NCBI GenBank assembly: GCA_965248755.1
Contig: OZ252149.1
Coordinates: 4,352,001 to 4,416,000 of the forward strand
Reading direction: 5' to 3'
From: Candidatus Latescibacterota bacterium
GTDB lineage: Bacteria; Latescibacterota; CBDEFO01
Length of the DNA stretch: 64,000 bases
The notes under the pieces are model-generated. The model had not been told where the DNA came from, did not search any database, and was given only the letters and a program-made list of their open reading frames with translations. Made by a program: the position numbers and the translations under genes. Below are positions 41,552-54,520 of the stretch, piece by piece; the stretch's first letter is position 1, and each line of letters begins with the position of its first letter.

Positions 41552-41975
41552 AATTATAAAGAGTGTTAAAAGCTTGACTCTCTGTACCCTGAAAATGTAG
41601 CCAGTTTAGTAGGAGTTTTTTATTTTTTGGTGCTGAATTAGACAAAGAACATTTATTTTATATGCTTTCTCAAAGTCCAAAGCGTTACCGAGAAAGAGGA
41701 TCCAAATGAGCCGAAAATAATCGTAGCAATCCTGCTGAGTATCTTGTTGCATACCGCATGTAGTTCTACAAAACCCCTTGCAAGCTTTATAAGCGCCTTT
41801 GACGAGCCTGGGATATGGCAAACTGTTGAGATTTGAGAAGGGCTGAAGAAGGAAGTTTTATGGCAAATAGTATCGGATGGCTTAACTCAAAAAGTTGACC
41901 TGAAGGTGATCGACAAAGATAGTGGTTAGATACGTACTTCGTGAAAGTACAGTTACAGCGCTATAGGAAGGATCA

Positions 41976-42152
41976 ATGAAAAATATAGAACGCGTGTATC
42001 CTCAAATTGATGGGCAAGGACGGGAAAATCTTTCAGTCCAGTCGGAGGCTAATTGGCTGAGTAAGGGTGGATCGGTACTTGGGAATGATACAAGGTTGTT
42101 AGAGGATATATACGGTGATCTTCAGGGGAGAATAGGGAGCGTGCGTGGCTAA
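41976..42152 (+). CDS. Possible 58-aa hypothetical protein
   Basis: AGGAAGGA before ATG; MKNIERVYPQ...GRIGSVRG; below ORF-track cutoff. Confidence 0.3.
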   Translation: MKNIERVYPQIDGQGRENLSVQSEANWLSKGGSVLGNDTRLLEDIYGDLQGRIGSVRG

Positions 42153-42231
42153 AACTTCCGTTGCGCATCACTCCCACGTAAGCATTTTCCCTTAATAGAG
42201 AAAGTCCTGATCCTTACCGAGTAAAAAGTTC

Positions 42232-42260
42232 TTGACAGGGAAGGAATTGTTTCATATATT
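42232..42260 (+). promoter_or_regulatory. Sigma-70 promoter of groESL
   Basis: TTGACA-N17-TATATT. Confidence 0.85.
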
Positions 42261-42262
42261 TA

Positions 42263-42289
42263 TTAGCACTCAGATGATAAGAGTGCTAA
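42263..42289 (+). promoter_or_regulatory. CIRCE element (HrcA operator)
   Basis: Exact TTAGCACTC-N9-GAGTGCTAA. Confidence 0.98.
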
Positions 42290-42347
42290 AATCCTAACGT
42301 AATAAGAGTCTGTTCACAATTACTTATTGGCAGGAGGAGAAAGCAGA

Positions 42348-42638
42348 ATGAAGGTGAAACCACTGGGCGACCGTGTTTTGATTAAGCCCGTTGAAGAAGA
42401 GGAACAGATCAAAGGTGGTATAATTATTCCGGATACTGCAAAGGAGAAGCCTCAAGAAGGAGAAGTCATCGCTGCGGGACCCGGAAGGATCACAGAATCA
42501 GGAGATAAGCTCGCCATGGAGGTAAAAAGTGGCGACAGGGTCCTGTATGGGAAATATTCAGGCACCGAGGTGCGTTTGAACGATGTGGAGCATCTTATTA
42601 TGCCAGAGAGTGATATTTTAGCTGTTATCGAAGATTAG
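42348..42638 (+). CDS. groES: Co-chaperonin GroES
   Basis: [35 protein letters not shown]. Confidence 0.98.
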   Translation: MKVKPLGDRVLIKPVEEEEQIKGGIIIPDTAKEKPQEGEVIAAGPGRITESGDKLAMEVKSGDRVLYGKYSGTEVRLNDVEHLIMPESDILAVIED

Positions 42639-44294
<1,656 letters not shown>

Positions 44295-44320
44295 TAAGAA
44301 GTTGAGGTCAATTCTCTTCG

Positions 44321-44356
44321 AGCCCCCATAGGAACTCCCTGTGGGGGCTTCTTATT
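44321..44356 (+). terminator. Rho-independent terminator after groEL
   Basis: AGCCCCCATAGG-loop-CCTGTGGGGGCT then TCTTATT. Confidence 0.85.
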
Positions 44357-44473
44357 GCGGACAAAAAATGCTCTGCAATTAACAAAAATTACGCTATGGG
44401 GTATAATTCTGAAAGAGAGGGGAAGAATACAGATTGTCAAGTTTGCTGAAATTCAAAGCAGAGGGAAAGGGCC

Positions 44474-45352
44474 ATGAGAGACTTTTCGGAACGTTTGAAG
44501 CAAGAGATTTTAGTGTCTGAGTGCGCTATGGGGACTATGCTTCAAGGCATAGGGCTTCAGACGGGCGTGGAATTCGGGGAGGAGTGGAACCTTACGGCAA
44601 GGGAGAAGGTTCAGTCGATTCACAAAGCAAACATAGATGCGGGAGCAGATATTGTATTTACAAATACGTTTGGGGCAAATAGGTTCAGACTTGAGCATTA
44701 CGGACTTGCCGAGAAGAGCGGGGAAATCAATAGTAAAGCTGCCGAGAACATTAGGGAGATAGCGCCAGATTCCGTGTATGTGGCCGGGAATATGGGCCCT
44801 TCGGGAGGGATACTGGAAATCTGGGGTGGAAATAAGTCCCCTGAGGAGATATATGAGGCGTTCGTGGAACAGGTATTGGCTCTTTCAGACGGAGGAATAG
44901 ACCTGGTGATAGTTGAGACTATGATGGACCTGGAGGAGGCTAAGATCGCAGCTCGGGCTTCAAAAGAGAATACAAACCTTCCCGTAATAGTTTCTATGTC
45001 TTTCGATAAGGATAGGAACGGTTACAGGACTCCCTGGGGGATAAGCCCTCAGATGGCGGTGGAAGAATTAGCTGCCGCAGGCGCAGATGTGGTGGGAGCA
45101 AATTGTCAGATTACCATAGCAGATATGGTAGGTTTAGCGGCTGAATTTAGGGCGTGCACAGACATGCCCATCATAGTGCAGCCGAACGCCGGAAATCCGG
45201 AGATGATAAAAGGAGTCACGTATTACAGACAGACAGCCCGGGACATGGCAGAATACTTAGACGAGCTTATAGCGGAAGGTCCTAATATAGTAGGCGGCTG
45301 CTGCGGCACAACTCCCGAGTACACAGAGCTGGTGGCCGAAAAAGTCAAGTAA
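44474..45352 (+). CDS. Homocysteine S-methyltransferase family protein (stand-alone MetH Hcy domain)
   Basis: AMGTML, TNTFGAN, GANC, QPNAGNP, GGCCGTTP. Confidence 0.92.
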   Translation: MRDFSERLKQEILVSECAMGTMLQGIGLQTGVEFGEEWNLTAREKVQSIHKANIDAGADIVFTNTFGANRFRLEHYGLAEKSGEINSKAAENIREIAPDSVYVAGNMGPSGGILEIWGGNKSPEEIYEAFVEQVLALSDGGIDLVIVETMMDLEEAKIAARASKENTNLPVIVSMSFDKDRNGYRTPWGISPQMAVEELAAAGADVVGANCQITIADMVGLAAEFRACTDMPIIVQPNAGNPEMIKGVTYYRQTARDMAEYLDELIAEGPNIVGGCCGTTPEYTELVAEKVK

Positions 45353-45365
45353 CAGGGCGTGATAG

Positions 45366-46208
45366 ATGGGATTTATAATCGTCAGCCTTTTTATGTTTGC
45401 CACCTTCAGTCAGTTTATGAAGTTGACTGTGCACAAAGGATACAATCGCTTTGCCATAGCAACCATAAACTATTTGGTTGCCGCTCTGGCGGTGGGCTTG
45501 TATGAGCTGAATATAGGGATTTGTAAGTTCAACGGAAAAGTTATCGGGTTGGGGATATTGACGGGAATCTCTTTTACCGCGGGTCTGCTGTCCCAATTTA
45601 GGGGGATAGGGATAGGAGGGCTGTCAGTAACTCAGACTGTATCTCGGCTCTCCGTGTTGGTTCCTATCAGTCTGTCGATAATCATCTGGCACGAGACTCC
45701 AAGTTCGGGGCAAATAGCAGGGATACTATTCATCGTGTTGGCCTTAGTGTTGCTTAGCAAGAAAAGTAGCGTGGTCGTCTCCGAGAATTCGAGCAGATGG
45801 TCTGTGTGGATTCTGCTTTCGCTTATTATCCCTGCAGGTGCGAGCTCGACGATGTCGAAATTAGTGCACGAGGTGGGCTTGGACGACTACAGATCGGCCT
45901 ATCTTTTTGTGCTTTATATATCTGCGACAGTTTTATCGGGGGCAGTTTTTTATTTTAAGAGGGATAAGATAAGCCGAGTGGAAGTTCTTATAGGGGTCTT
46001 GTTGGGGTTATGTAACGTGTCAGGAGTGTGGAGTCTGCTGATAGCTTTATCACAGCTCAAAGGTGTGGTGGCCTTTCCTATTATGAGCTCGGGCGCGGTG
46101 ATCATAGTAACTATATTATCTACGGTGATATGGAAGGAGCATCTGCCATTGAGGGGTGTCTTTGGAATCCTGTGCGCTGTGGCGGCGCTGATACTTGTAA
46201 ATCTGTGA
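45366..46208 (+). CDS. DMT/EamA family transporter
   Basis: About 10 hydrophobic segments in two repeats ending IIWHE / VIWKE. Confidence 0.85.
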   Translation: MGFIIVSLFMFATFSQFMKLTVHKGYNRFAIATINYLVAALAVGLYELNIGICKFNGKVIGLGILTGISFTAGLLSQFRGIGIGGLSVTQTVSRLSVLVPISLSIIIWHETPSSGQIAGILFIVLALVLLSKKSSVVVSENSSRWSVWILLSLIIPAGASSTMSKLVHEVGLDDYRSAYLFVLYISATVLSGAVFYFKRDKISRVEVLIGVLLGLCNVSGVWSLLIALSQLKGVVAFPIMSSGAVIIVTILSTVIWKEHLPLRGVFGILCAVAALILVNL

Positions 46209-46353
46209 AATTACCCTATTGGCCCTCTACTGTGAGCCGCATCACAGTACAGATGCTAATATGTGATTACATTTGACAATAAGGCAATTTTGAATTACTC
46301 GTTGCCGGAGCGTTTTTCGGATTTTTAGGGCTTTAACAATAAAAAGGCATACG

Positions 46354-49300
46354 ATGAGAACAATGCTCATATTTCCGGCTCTGCTCCTTGTAATACTATC
46401 CTTCATAATTGATGTTCAAGCACAACAAAACAGTAAGTACGTTGAACATCAAGTGATTGTTAAGATGAGTGGAAAGATTCAAGCAGCGGATATCGTAACT
46501 ATGAGAGAGAACCTTAATGCTTCAGTGCTCAAGAAATTTTGGATCGTTAACGCTGAACTTTGGGAAACACCCGGAATTACCGTGGAAGATGCTATCTATC
46601 AATATCGTAATGACCCTCGTATCGAATATATTGAACCGAACTATCGTGTCTGGGCTGTTCAAACTATCCCGAACGATACCAGCTTTTCTCAGCTTTGGGG
46701 ATTGCACAATATCGGGCAGATAGGCGGAACAGTCGATGCAGACATCGATGCTGTTGAGGCCTGGGACATCCAAACCGGAGATTCCGTGTTGGTGGGCGTA
46801 ATAGATACAGGCGTAGACTGGACGCACGAAGACCTTGCGGATAATATCTGGACTAATCCGGGAGAGATCCCAGATAACGGTATTGATGATGATGGAAACG
46901 GTTACATCGATGACGTCAGAGGATGGGACTTTGTAAACAAGGATAATGATCCTATGGACGACAATGGTCACGGAACTCACGTAGCCGGGACCATTGCTGC
47001 TGTCGGAAATAATGGAATAGGCGTTGTTGGAGTCTCTTGGTCGGCACAAATAATGCCGCTTAAGTTTTTGGAAGCCGATGGTTCCGGAATTACCTCCGAT
47101 GCGATTCTGGCAATAGAATATGCGATGATTATGAGGTCAAAATTAACTAACAATAGTTGGGGTAGCAGTGGATTCTCCCAAGCTTTATATGATGTGATAG
47201 CTGTTTCAGGGAACGCTAACATCCTCTTCATAGCCGCCGCAGGGAATGGAGGTGATGATAACATCGGAGATGATAATGATCAGGTTCCCCACTATCCCTC
47301 CAACTACGATTTGGACAATATCATTTCCGTTGCGTCTACAGATCACAACGATGTAAGATCTCCCTTCTCCAACTTCGGCCTTACCTCAGTCGATCTAGGA
47401 GCTCCGAGCTCAAGTATTCTCAGCACGGTGCCAGGAGATACTTACAGCTTTCTCATCGGGACCTCTATGGCTACACCACATGTGTCCGGCGCTGCCGCTT
47501 TGATTTGGGCTCAATATCCAGATCTGACGAATCTTCAGGTCAAGAATAGGATTATGAGCACTGTAGATCCGATCCCTGCGTTAGGTGGCAGATCGGTTAC
47601 AGGTGGAAGACTGAATGCCTTTGGTGCATTAGCAGGACCGGATAGTATCCCACCGGATACCGTGACCGATTTAGCCGCAGCAGACCCGACCTCAAATTCT
47701 ATAACGCTTACATGGACAGCCAGCGGCGATGACAGCACCTTCGGCACAGCAGCGTATTATGATATCCGATATGTAACCTCTCCGATCGATTTCGGGAATT
47801 TTGATTTGGCTACTGAAGTTTTGAACGAACCGGATCCTCAAGAGGCTGGTTCTACGGAGACGTTCACAACGGGTGGACTAGGTTTCAATACGACCTACTA
47901 TTTTGCCCTGAAAGTTTTTGATGAGCAGGGGAATGGGTCAGAAGTCTCTAACTCGCCATCGGCTGCCACGTTGGGCATACCCGATATTTCAGTTACACCG
48001 GATTCTCTGAGCGATAGTCTGCTCACAGCAAGCGCATCTACTCAAATCCTGACTATATACAATGTAGGAGAGGGAACGTTAGACTTTACTTTTCCGGATT
48101 TTGCTTCTGCCGCTTTATTAAACACGCCAGGGATTGAAAGGAACGACGTCTCAAGTCGTTTTGAGCATTTAGAACTCGAAAAGGGGCTGACAGATCTGCA
48201 AGAGGGGAATCCCCTCCTTTTAGGAGCAGGAGGCCCAGATGGCTTTGGCTATCGGTGGATCGATAGCGATGAACCGGGTGGACCCATCTTTAACTGGATT
48301 GAAATATCGAAAGTCGGGACATCGATATTGTTACTTGATGATGATGTTGAGGAAGTCGCTCTGCCTTTTACATTTCCGTTTTATGGAGAAGCAAAGACAA
48401 CCCTCAAGATCTCCTCGAATGGCTATCTTGCGTTTAGTGCAGATGGGACAGATTTCTCAAATGATCCTATTCCAGATCCTGTTGATCCCAATGACTTAAT
48501 TGCGCCATTTTGGGACGATTTGAATCCGAGCGCTGACGACACTATCTTTTACTATCACGACACTGATCAAAATCGATTTATTGTGCAGTACACTGGGCTT
48601 CCTCACTATGATGTTGGAGGGCCCTACACTTTCCAAGTTATCTTGTACCCTGATGGCAGTATGCTCTTTCAGTATCTGGATATGCTCCCTCCTTTGGATA
48701 GTGCCACGATAGGCGTCGAAAACCTAGATGCTTCCGATGGCTTACAAGTAGCTTTTAACACAGACTTTATCCATGATAGTCTCGCCGTTAGTATCTCAGC
48801 TATTCCTCAATGGTTAAGCCTTAATCCTGTATCTGGCACTCTTCTACCGGGTTCATCGGCGGACATTGCTGTAAACTTCGATGCAACAGGTTTGAACGGC
48901 GGCAATTATGATGCACATATTGTGATTGCAAGCAACGATCCGGATGAGCCACAGGTACGAGTTCCTGCGCATCTGCATGTGACAGGTGTGCCGGATATTG
49001 CTGTTTCCCCGGATACTTTGGATTATGGCTTTGCCCTCATTGGAGCATCTGTCGACGATACGCTGATTGTCTCGAATATAGGGACCGATACATTGACGGT
49101 GAGCAGCATTGTATCGGACAATCCAAATTATACCGTAGATTTAACCGGTCTTAGCTTATCTCCCGGAGAAAGTCAGGAGGCGTTGGTAAGTTTTGCGCCG
49201 GTAGATACAGGAATAAGTAGCGGGACATTGACGATAACAAGTGATGATCCGGATGCACCCATGGTGACGGTGACGCTAACTGGCGAGGGATTAATTGCAC

Positions 49301-51426
49301 CGAATATTTCTGTTTCTCCAGATTCGTTAAGTGCAGATTTGCGAACTGGAGAGACATCGGAACAGTTATTGACAATCAAGAACACCGGTGGCAGTGATTT
49401 GACTTTTGATATTTCGATTGAAGGATTGGCAGCTGCTTCAGTGTTGGTAGAAGTTAGTTCCAGGAGTTTCGAGCGAAGATTAACTATTCAATTGCAGGAT
49501 AATCCACAAAAGGAATGGAGCGACTATCGGCAAATTCGTCAGGTAAAGATGGCGATGAAGAAGCTACATCGCAAGGAAGATGCTCTGAGAACGTCGCTTC
49601 CTGTTGTGATAGAGGATCCTGTTGGTGATGGCGGCGTTGTTGACGTAACCGTTCTTCGGGGCGCCAGTACATCGAACAAACTTCAGATCGAGATGCAATT
49701 TAATACAGAAATTGATCCATTCAATTTTGGCGGTTTTCTTTCACTTGATATAGATCAAAACCCCAGTACAGGTCTTCCTCCAACTTTCGGGTTCGCTGGA
49801 CAAGATATCGGTGCAGATTATGAATTTCGGTTTTTCACAGTTAGCAGCGGTTTCGTGGGACTTTATGATGTCATATCAGGTTTTGTAGGTGCCTATCCTG
49901 TTGAAGTTGGGATACATACCTTGCGTTTTTCTGCACCGCTGTCTGATATTGGCAATGATGATGGAAACATGGATGTCACGGGAGCTATAGGAGACGCATT
50001 TGGCTCTACGGATTGGTTCCCAGATGCAGGTCATGGAACTATCAATGGCGTCAGTTGGTTGTCAGTAACGCCCACCTTGGGCACCGTGCCAACAGGTAGC
50101 AGCGTGGACATTGCAATAATCTTTGATACCACGGACTTGGACATCGGTGATTACAACGCCAACATCGTGGTGAGAAGCAACGATCCGGATGAGCCAGAAG
50201 TTCGAGTTCCTGCACATGTGCATGTAAGGGAAAATAGCTCACCCGGATCCTTTACCCGATTACTCCCTGCAGATAGCAGTCTTGTCCTGCCTCAAGCCGT
50301 AATCTTCCGCTGGACAGCGGCTCCCGATGTGGATATGATTATCTATTCGCTGTCCATCAGCGTAAATGGGATCGATATGACCTTCACCTTGAAAGACACT
50401 ACACTGACGCTTGATTTCCAGACGTTCGGCTTGCCGAACGATCAGCTTCCGTTGACATGGTCTGTGCTCGCCTCCGACGGCATTTCAACCTCAGCCCCTA
50501 CCAACAGGCAAGGACACTTCACGCTGGATAACCTCTTCCTGTTTGGCGATCCTTCGGGCAACATTTCAATCAGCGCTTTTGATGCCACATTGGTGCTGCG
50601 ACACTCCGTGGGACTTTTGACGCTGGCAGGCAGTGCCGCGCTGGCCTCGGATGTCTCCGGAAATGGCCTGATCAGTGCCTTTGATGCCTCCTTGATCCTG
50701 CAATACGTCGTCGGGATCATCGACTGTTTTCCTGTCGCTCAGGGCTGTGGGGCACCACTGGCTAAGAGGACAAGCGTTAGAGGTACACTCGGCTGGTCTG
50801 ATGTCAGATCGGTCGATCTTTCTGAACTTGTTAGTCTGCCTATCCTCTGGAGCGGAGAAGTAGGAAGGGTTACTTCAGCGCAGTTCACCGTCCAGATTGA
50901 CCCGACGCAGGTGACGGTTGAAAAAGTAGTCGCTCATGTACCTCAAGACTGGCAGTTGGTCTATAGCTTGGGGGACAGTGTGCTGTATGTAGCGATGGCC
51001 GGGGTGACCCCAATCTCGGCAGGCGATCTGGCAACTATCACACTGCAGGTGCACGATCCAGTAGCACAGGTAACACTGCACGGTGTGGGGTTCGTGAATG
51101 AAAACGCTGTACAGGAGCTCGGCGCGGTTGCGATCTCACAGGCGCCGACAGAATATGTCTTAGAGCAGAACTATCCCAATCCGTTCAACCCTACCACAGA
51201 GATTATGTATCAGCTGCCAGGGGCTTCGGAGGTACACCTGGTCATCTACGACCTATTGGGTCAAAAGGTGCGGACTCTGGTGAACACTCAACAGGCGGCG
51301 GGGTTCTATAGAGTCCAGTGGGACGGACAAAATGACGCGGGTGTGGATGTCGCATCGGGCGTCTATGTGCATCGAATCTGGACGAAGAACTATCAGCAGA
51401 CGAGGAAGATGTTGCTGTTGAAATAA
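46354..51426 (+). CDS. Secreted S8 (subtilase) peptidase with Fn3/Ig-like repeats, dockerin, cohesin and FlgD/T9SS-like tail
   Basis: VIDTG, HGTHVAG, GTSMATPHV triad; SNDPDEP Ig repeats; GDPSGNISISAFDA/DVSGNGLISAFDA dockerin; QNYPNPFNP..TRKMLLLK. Confidence 0.93.
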   Translation: MRTMLIFPALLLVILSFIIDVQAQQNSKYVEHQVIVKMSGKIQAADIVTMRENLNASVLKKFWIVNAELWETPGITVEDAIYQYRNDPRIEYIEPNYRVWAVQTIPNDTSFSQLWGLHNIGQIGGTVDADIDAVEAWDIQTGDSVLVGVIDTGVDWTHEDLADNIWTNPGEIPDNGIDDDGNGYIDDVRGWDFVNKDNDPMDDNGHGTHVAGTIAAVGNNGIGVVGVSWSAQIMPLKFLEADGSGITSDAILAIEYAMIMRSKLTNNSWGSSGFSQALYDVIAVSGNANILFIAAAGNGGDDNIGDDNDQVPHYPSNYDLDNIISVASTDHNDVRSPFSNFGLTSVDLGAPSSSILSTVPGDTYSFLIGTSMATPHVSGAAALIWAQYPDLTNLQVKNRIMSTVDPIPALGGRSVTGGRLNAFGALAGPDSIPPDTVTDLAAADPTSNSITLTWTASGDDSTFGTAAYYDIRYVTSPIDFGNFDLATEVLNEPDPQEAGSTETFTTGGLGFNTTYYFALKVFDEQGNGSEVSNSPSAATLGIPDISVTPDSLSDSLLTASASTQILTIYNVGEGTLDFTFPDFASAALLNTPGIERNDVSSRFEHLELEKGLTDLQEGNPLLLGAGGPDGFGYRWIDSDEPGGPIFNWIEISKVGTSILLLDDDVEEVALPFTFPFYGEAKTTLKISSNGYLAFSADGTDFSNDPIPDPVDPNDLIAPFWDDLNPSADDTIFYYHDTDQNRFIVQYTGLPHYDVGGPYTFQVILYPDGSMLFQYLDMLPPLDSATIGVENLDASDGLQVAFNTDFIHDSLAVSISAIPQWLSLNPVSGTLLPGSSADIAVNFDATGLNGGNYDAHIVIASNDPDEPQVRVPAHLHVTGVPDIAVSPDTLDYGFALIGASVDDTLIVSNIGTDTLTVSSIVSDNPNYTVDLTGLSLSPGESQEALVSFAPVDTGISSGTLTITSDDPDAPMVTVTLTGEGLIAPNISVSPDSLSADLRTGETSEQLLTIKNTGGSDLTFDISIEGLAAASVLVEVSSRSFERRLTIQLQDNPQKEWSDYRQIRQVKMAMKKLHRKEDALRTSLPVVIEDPVGDGGVVDVTVLRGASTSNKLQIEMQFNTEIDPFNFGGFLSLDIDQNPSTGLPPTFGFAGQDIGADYEFRFFTVSSGFVGLYDVISGFVGAYPVEVGIHTLRFSAPLSDIGNDDGNMDVTGAIGDAFGSTDWFPDAGHGTINGVSWLSVTPTLGTVPTGSSVDIAIIFDTTDLDIGDYNANIVVRSNDPDEPEVRVPAHVHVRENSSPGSFTRLLPADSSLVLPQAVIFRWTAAPDVDMIIYSLSISVNGIDMTFTLKDTTLTLDFQTFGLPNDQLPLTWSVLASDGISTSAPTNRQGHFTLDNLFLFGDPSGNISISAFDATLVLRHSVGLLTLAGSAALASDVSGNGLISAFDASLILQYVVGIIDCFPVAQGCGAPLAKRTSVRGTLGWSDVRSVDLSELVSLPILWSGEVGRVTSAQFTVQIDPTQVTVEKVVAHVPQDWQLVYSLGDSVLYVAMAGVTPISAGDLATITLQVHDPVAQVTLHGVGFVNENAVQELGAVAISQAPTEYVLEQNYPNPFNPTTEIMYQLPGASEVHLVIYDLLGQKVRTLVNTQQAAGFYRVQWDGQNDAGVDVASGVYVHRIWTKNYQQTRKMLLLK

Positions 51427-51728
51427 CAAATAAACTGCATAAGTCTCTCCAAACTCATATAAATCACCACGCAAAAGAACGATGTGTTCCTCTTTCATCT
51501 GTCCATCTGTTCTGCTTACCTTTGCAAAGATGTTCTGATTTCCCCTAACCTCCTAAGTATCCTATCATATTCCCGACTTGTGCAGAAAGGCTACACGAGT
51601 TTTACCTTGACACTGAGGGCTTTTTTAGCTAAATTTCTGGAAGTTAAGAGAGCTGAGTAACCATTGAAATTGCAGTTTAGATAATTGTGCTATTTAGAGA
51701 TCCTTAAGGGAGAAAAAATTCGTTGATA

Positions 51729-54257
51729 ATGGTCAATCACAAAACGACTAACAGAGTTATTGCAGGAGCAATATTCTTAACTGTTTTAGGGGTCTATCTG
51801 AAGACTGTGGCACCTACGGTCTCCTTCTGGGACTGCGGAGAGTTCATAGCATCGTCTTACATAATGGGTGTTCCGCATCCACCGGGGACCCCGCTCTATG
51901 TTCTTATAGGGAGGCTGTTCAGTCTACTTCCGATAGGAGGAGAGATCGCCTGGAGGGTTAATATAATATCTTCTTTAAGCAGCGCGCTGGCGGTTCTGAT
52001 GATATACTTGGTTACTGTACGCTTAATCTTGCTCTGGAGTGGAATTGGATTTTCTACGATTGAATCACAGACGGAAGACCTGTCACTTACGGAGCTTATC
52101 CCCGCATATGCAGGCGGAGCTATGGCGGCGTTCTGTGTGGCTTTTTCAGACACATTCTGGTTCAACGCAGTGGAGGCTGAAGTCTATGGTTCTTCTGTTT
52201 TGGTGACTATGTTGGCCGTGTGGCTGGCGATGTTGTGGATGGAACGGCACGATGATCATGAAAGCGACAAGATATTGCTCTTTACAGCTTATCTGTTCGG
52301 ACTGGGGAGCGGGATGCATCTTCTGTCTCTTTTGACTATTCCGAGTATTTTGATATTGATACTCTTTACAAATGCAAGACCGCTCAAGAATCCTAAACTG
52401 TGGATCGCAGCTATATCCCTCTTTATTTTAGGGTGGTCTACGGTTTTTGCGCTCTACATAAGGTCCGGATTGAATCCGGCTATCGACGAGAATAATCCGG
52501 AAAATTTAGATAATTTTATGCAGTTCCTCCAAAGGAAACAGTACGGTCAAGAAAGCTTACTTGTGACTCTATTTAATCGAAAATCGGATTTCTGGGGATT
52601 TCAGGTATGGCATATGTTTGTGAAGTACTTCTTTCAGCAGTTTCCCCTCCCTGACGTGTTTCCATTTTCGCTATTTGGTAGGATCTCCCAGTTCAGAAAA
52701 GCTACAGCAAATGAGTATATGACAGTTAAGATCTCGCTTATCCCTTACATCCTGGGAATCGCAGGGATGTACGTCCATTTAAGGAAAGATTGGAAAAGAG
52801 CGCTTGCGTTTGTGGTGTTGTTTGTGATTATGGGATTCGGGTTGGTAGTGTACCTGAATATGCAAGATCCTCAGCCCAGAGAGAGGGATTATTTCTTCGT
52901 GGGGGCATTTACGATATTCGCCATGTGGATTGGAATAGCCCTGTCAGGAGTCTTAGATGGGTTGGCAGAATGGGTCAGGAAATCGGAAAGTAGATATGCT
53001 GTTATGGCTGTTGTAGTGTTGATATTTCTGGCGGTACCTGCGGGGATGTTAAAAGCGAACTATCACTCTCACGACAGGACAGGGGATTACGTTTCGTTCG
53101 ACTATGGATACAATATAATTCAATCGTGTGATCAGGACGCTATATTATTTACGAACGGGGATAACGATACATTCCCACTATGGTTCCTTCAGGAGGTTAT
53201 GCAGATAAGGAAGGATGTTAAAGTTGTAAATTTGAGCCTTTTGAACACGAACTGGTATATAAAACAGCTGAGGGATTTCGAGCCCAAGATTAAGATAGAG
53301 TACAGCGATAATTATATAGATAATGTGCTGTGCGGATCAACTACGGAGGCTGTGATGACCAGGAAATGGGATAAGGAACGGTTCGAAAAGGCGGTTGCCG
53401 CTGGGATGAAGTGGAAGATCCCATCTCCGGGTGGTAATTATAATATTCTCAGGATTCAGGACGTGATGGTCTATAATATCATACATTGGAATAAGTGGGA
53501 AAGGCCTGTATATTTCGCTGTGACTGCGGCAACGTCGAATATGATAGGTTTGAAGAGTGCAGGACATCTGATTATGGAGGGCATGGTCTTCCGCGTTATG
53601 AAGGATAAGGTAACAAGTTACAGAAACTTGGATCCAGAAAGGTCGAGGCATAACCTGTGGAATGTATATCAGTATAGAGGATTAAAGGACCCTGAGGTCT
53701 ATAAGGATGAGAACACTTTGAAGCTGTTGGCAAACTACAGGGCGGCGTATCTCCAGCTTGCCGACGTCTACAGGGTTATGAGAAGACCCGATGAGGCTGT
53801 AGAGACACTCAAAAGGTGCGATGAATTGGTACCTATGTACTGGGTGGACTACAGGGTGTCGTCCCAGATATTAGCTGCGGCGGGCAGGCGCGAAGAAGCG
53901 GGGGAGTTTTTAGAAAAGGGGCTGGAAGATGCCAAAAAGAAAGGAAGGAGCGCCCTTCTTCAGATCGCCTCTTCTCTTATAACGGACGCGCATAATTACG
54001 ACAGAGCGGTCAAAGTTTACAGAGAGGTGACAGAGGAATCTCCTTTTGAGAAGGACGCATACTACGGACTCGCGCTTGCCCTTGAGAAAAAGCAGGACTA
54101 CAAAGCCTCAATAGAAACTCTGGAGCACCTTCTGGAACTTTTTCCTGAAGATAAGAAGGCCAAAAGCGGCATCGAGGGGCTCAAGAAGTTAGCCAATGTG
54201 GAGAAAGAGGAAGGGGATGCAGGAAACAGTGAACAATCTGAGTCGGGAATACCTTGA
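51729..54257 (+). CDS. DUF2723 / TMEM260-like GT-C membrane glycosyltransferase with C-terminal TPRs
   Basis: APTVSFWDCGEFI..GVPHPPGTPLY, FWFNAVEAEVY, PQPRERDYFF, FTNGDNDTFPLW. Confidence 0.9.
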   Translation: MVNHKTTNRVIAGAIFLTVLGVYLKTVAPTVSFWDCGEFIASSYIMGVPHPPGTPLYVLIGRLFSLLPIGGEIAWRVNIISSLSSALAVLMIYLVTVRLILLWSGIGFSTIESQTEDLSLTELIPAYAGGAMAAFCVAFSDTFWFNAVEAEVYGSSVLVTMLAVWLAMLWMERHDDHESDKILLFTAYLFGLGSGMHLLSLLTIPSILILILFTNARPLKNPKLWIAAISLFILGWSTVFALYIRSGLNPAIDENNPENLDNFMQFLQRKQYGQESLLVTLFNRKSDFWGFQVWHMFVKYFFQQFPLPDVFPFSLFGRISQFRKATANEYMTVKISLIPYILGIAGMYVHLRKDWKRALAFVVLFVIMGFGLVVYLNMQDPQPRERDYFFVGAFTIFAMWIGIALSGVLDGLAEWVRKSESRYAVMAVVVLIFLAVPAGMLKANYHSHDRTGDYVSFDYGYNIIQSCDQDAILFTNGDNDTFPLWFLQEVMQIRKDVKVVNLSLLNTNWYIKQLRDFEPKIKIEYSDNYIDNVLCGSTTEAVMTRKWDKERFEKAVAAGMKWKIPSPGGNYNILRIQDVMVYNIIHWNKWERPVYFAVTAATSNMIGLKSAGHLIMEGMVFRVMKDKVTSYRNLDPERSRHNLWNVYQYRGLKDPEVYKDENTLKLLANYRAAYLQLADVYRVMRRPDEAVETLKRCDELVPMYWVDYRVSSQILAAAGRREEAGEFLEKGLEDAKKKGRSALLQIASSLITDAHNYDRAVKVYREVTEESPFEKDAYYGLALALEKKQDYKASIETLEHLLELFPEDKKAKSGIEGLKKLANVEKEEGDAGNSEQSESGIP

Positions 54258-54495
54258 AGAAAGGAACAGCAAAGCTCAATCGTCTCCATACATTAATCTA
54301 TGGGAAGGAGCCAGGGAGGAGATGAAGAATTGGATAGACGATAAGGTGCTGGAAAGATACGTTGAGCCTCTGTACATTTGTGGCTCTATGAATGGAAGTT
54401 ATATAATCTACGCTTCACACGATTCATGGGCTGTTAAGAGGGAAAGGGATTATAAATGACTGATCGAGGACGTAATCGGCTCACGATGGATGTAG
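54229..54495 (+). pseudogene. Small ORF resembling a DnaA N-terminal (domain I)-like module, TGA at 54457-54459
   Basis: LWEGAREEMKNWI..YVEPL..GSYIIYA..ERDYK*LIEDVIG. Confidence 0.35.
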
Positions 54496-54520
54496 TTGGA
54501 GAGTATTAATAGGGAACGTA

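Noticed and set aside
42197..42213. GAGAAAGTCC resembling RNase P RNA P4
   Set aside because: No matching 3' P4 strand or other RNase P motifs; it abuts the groESL promoter
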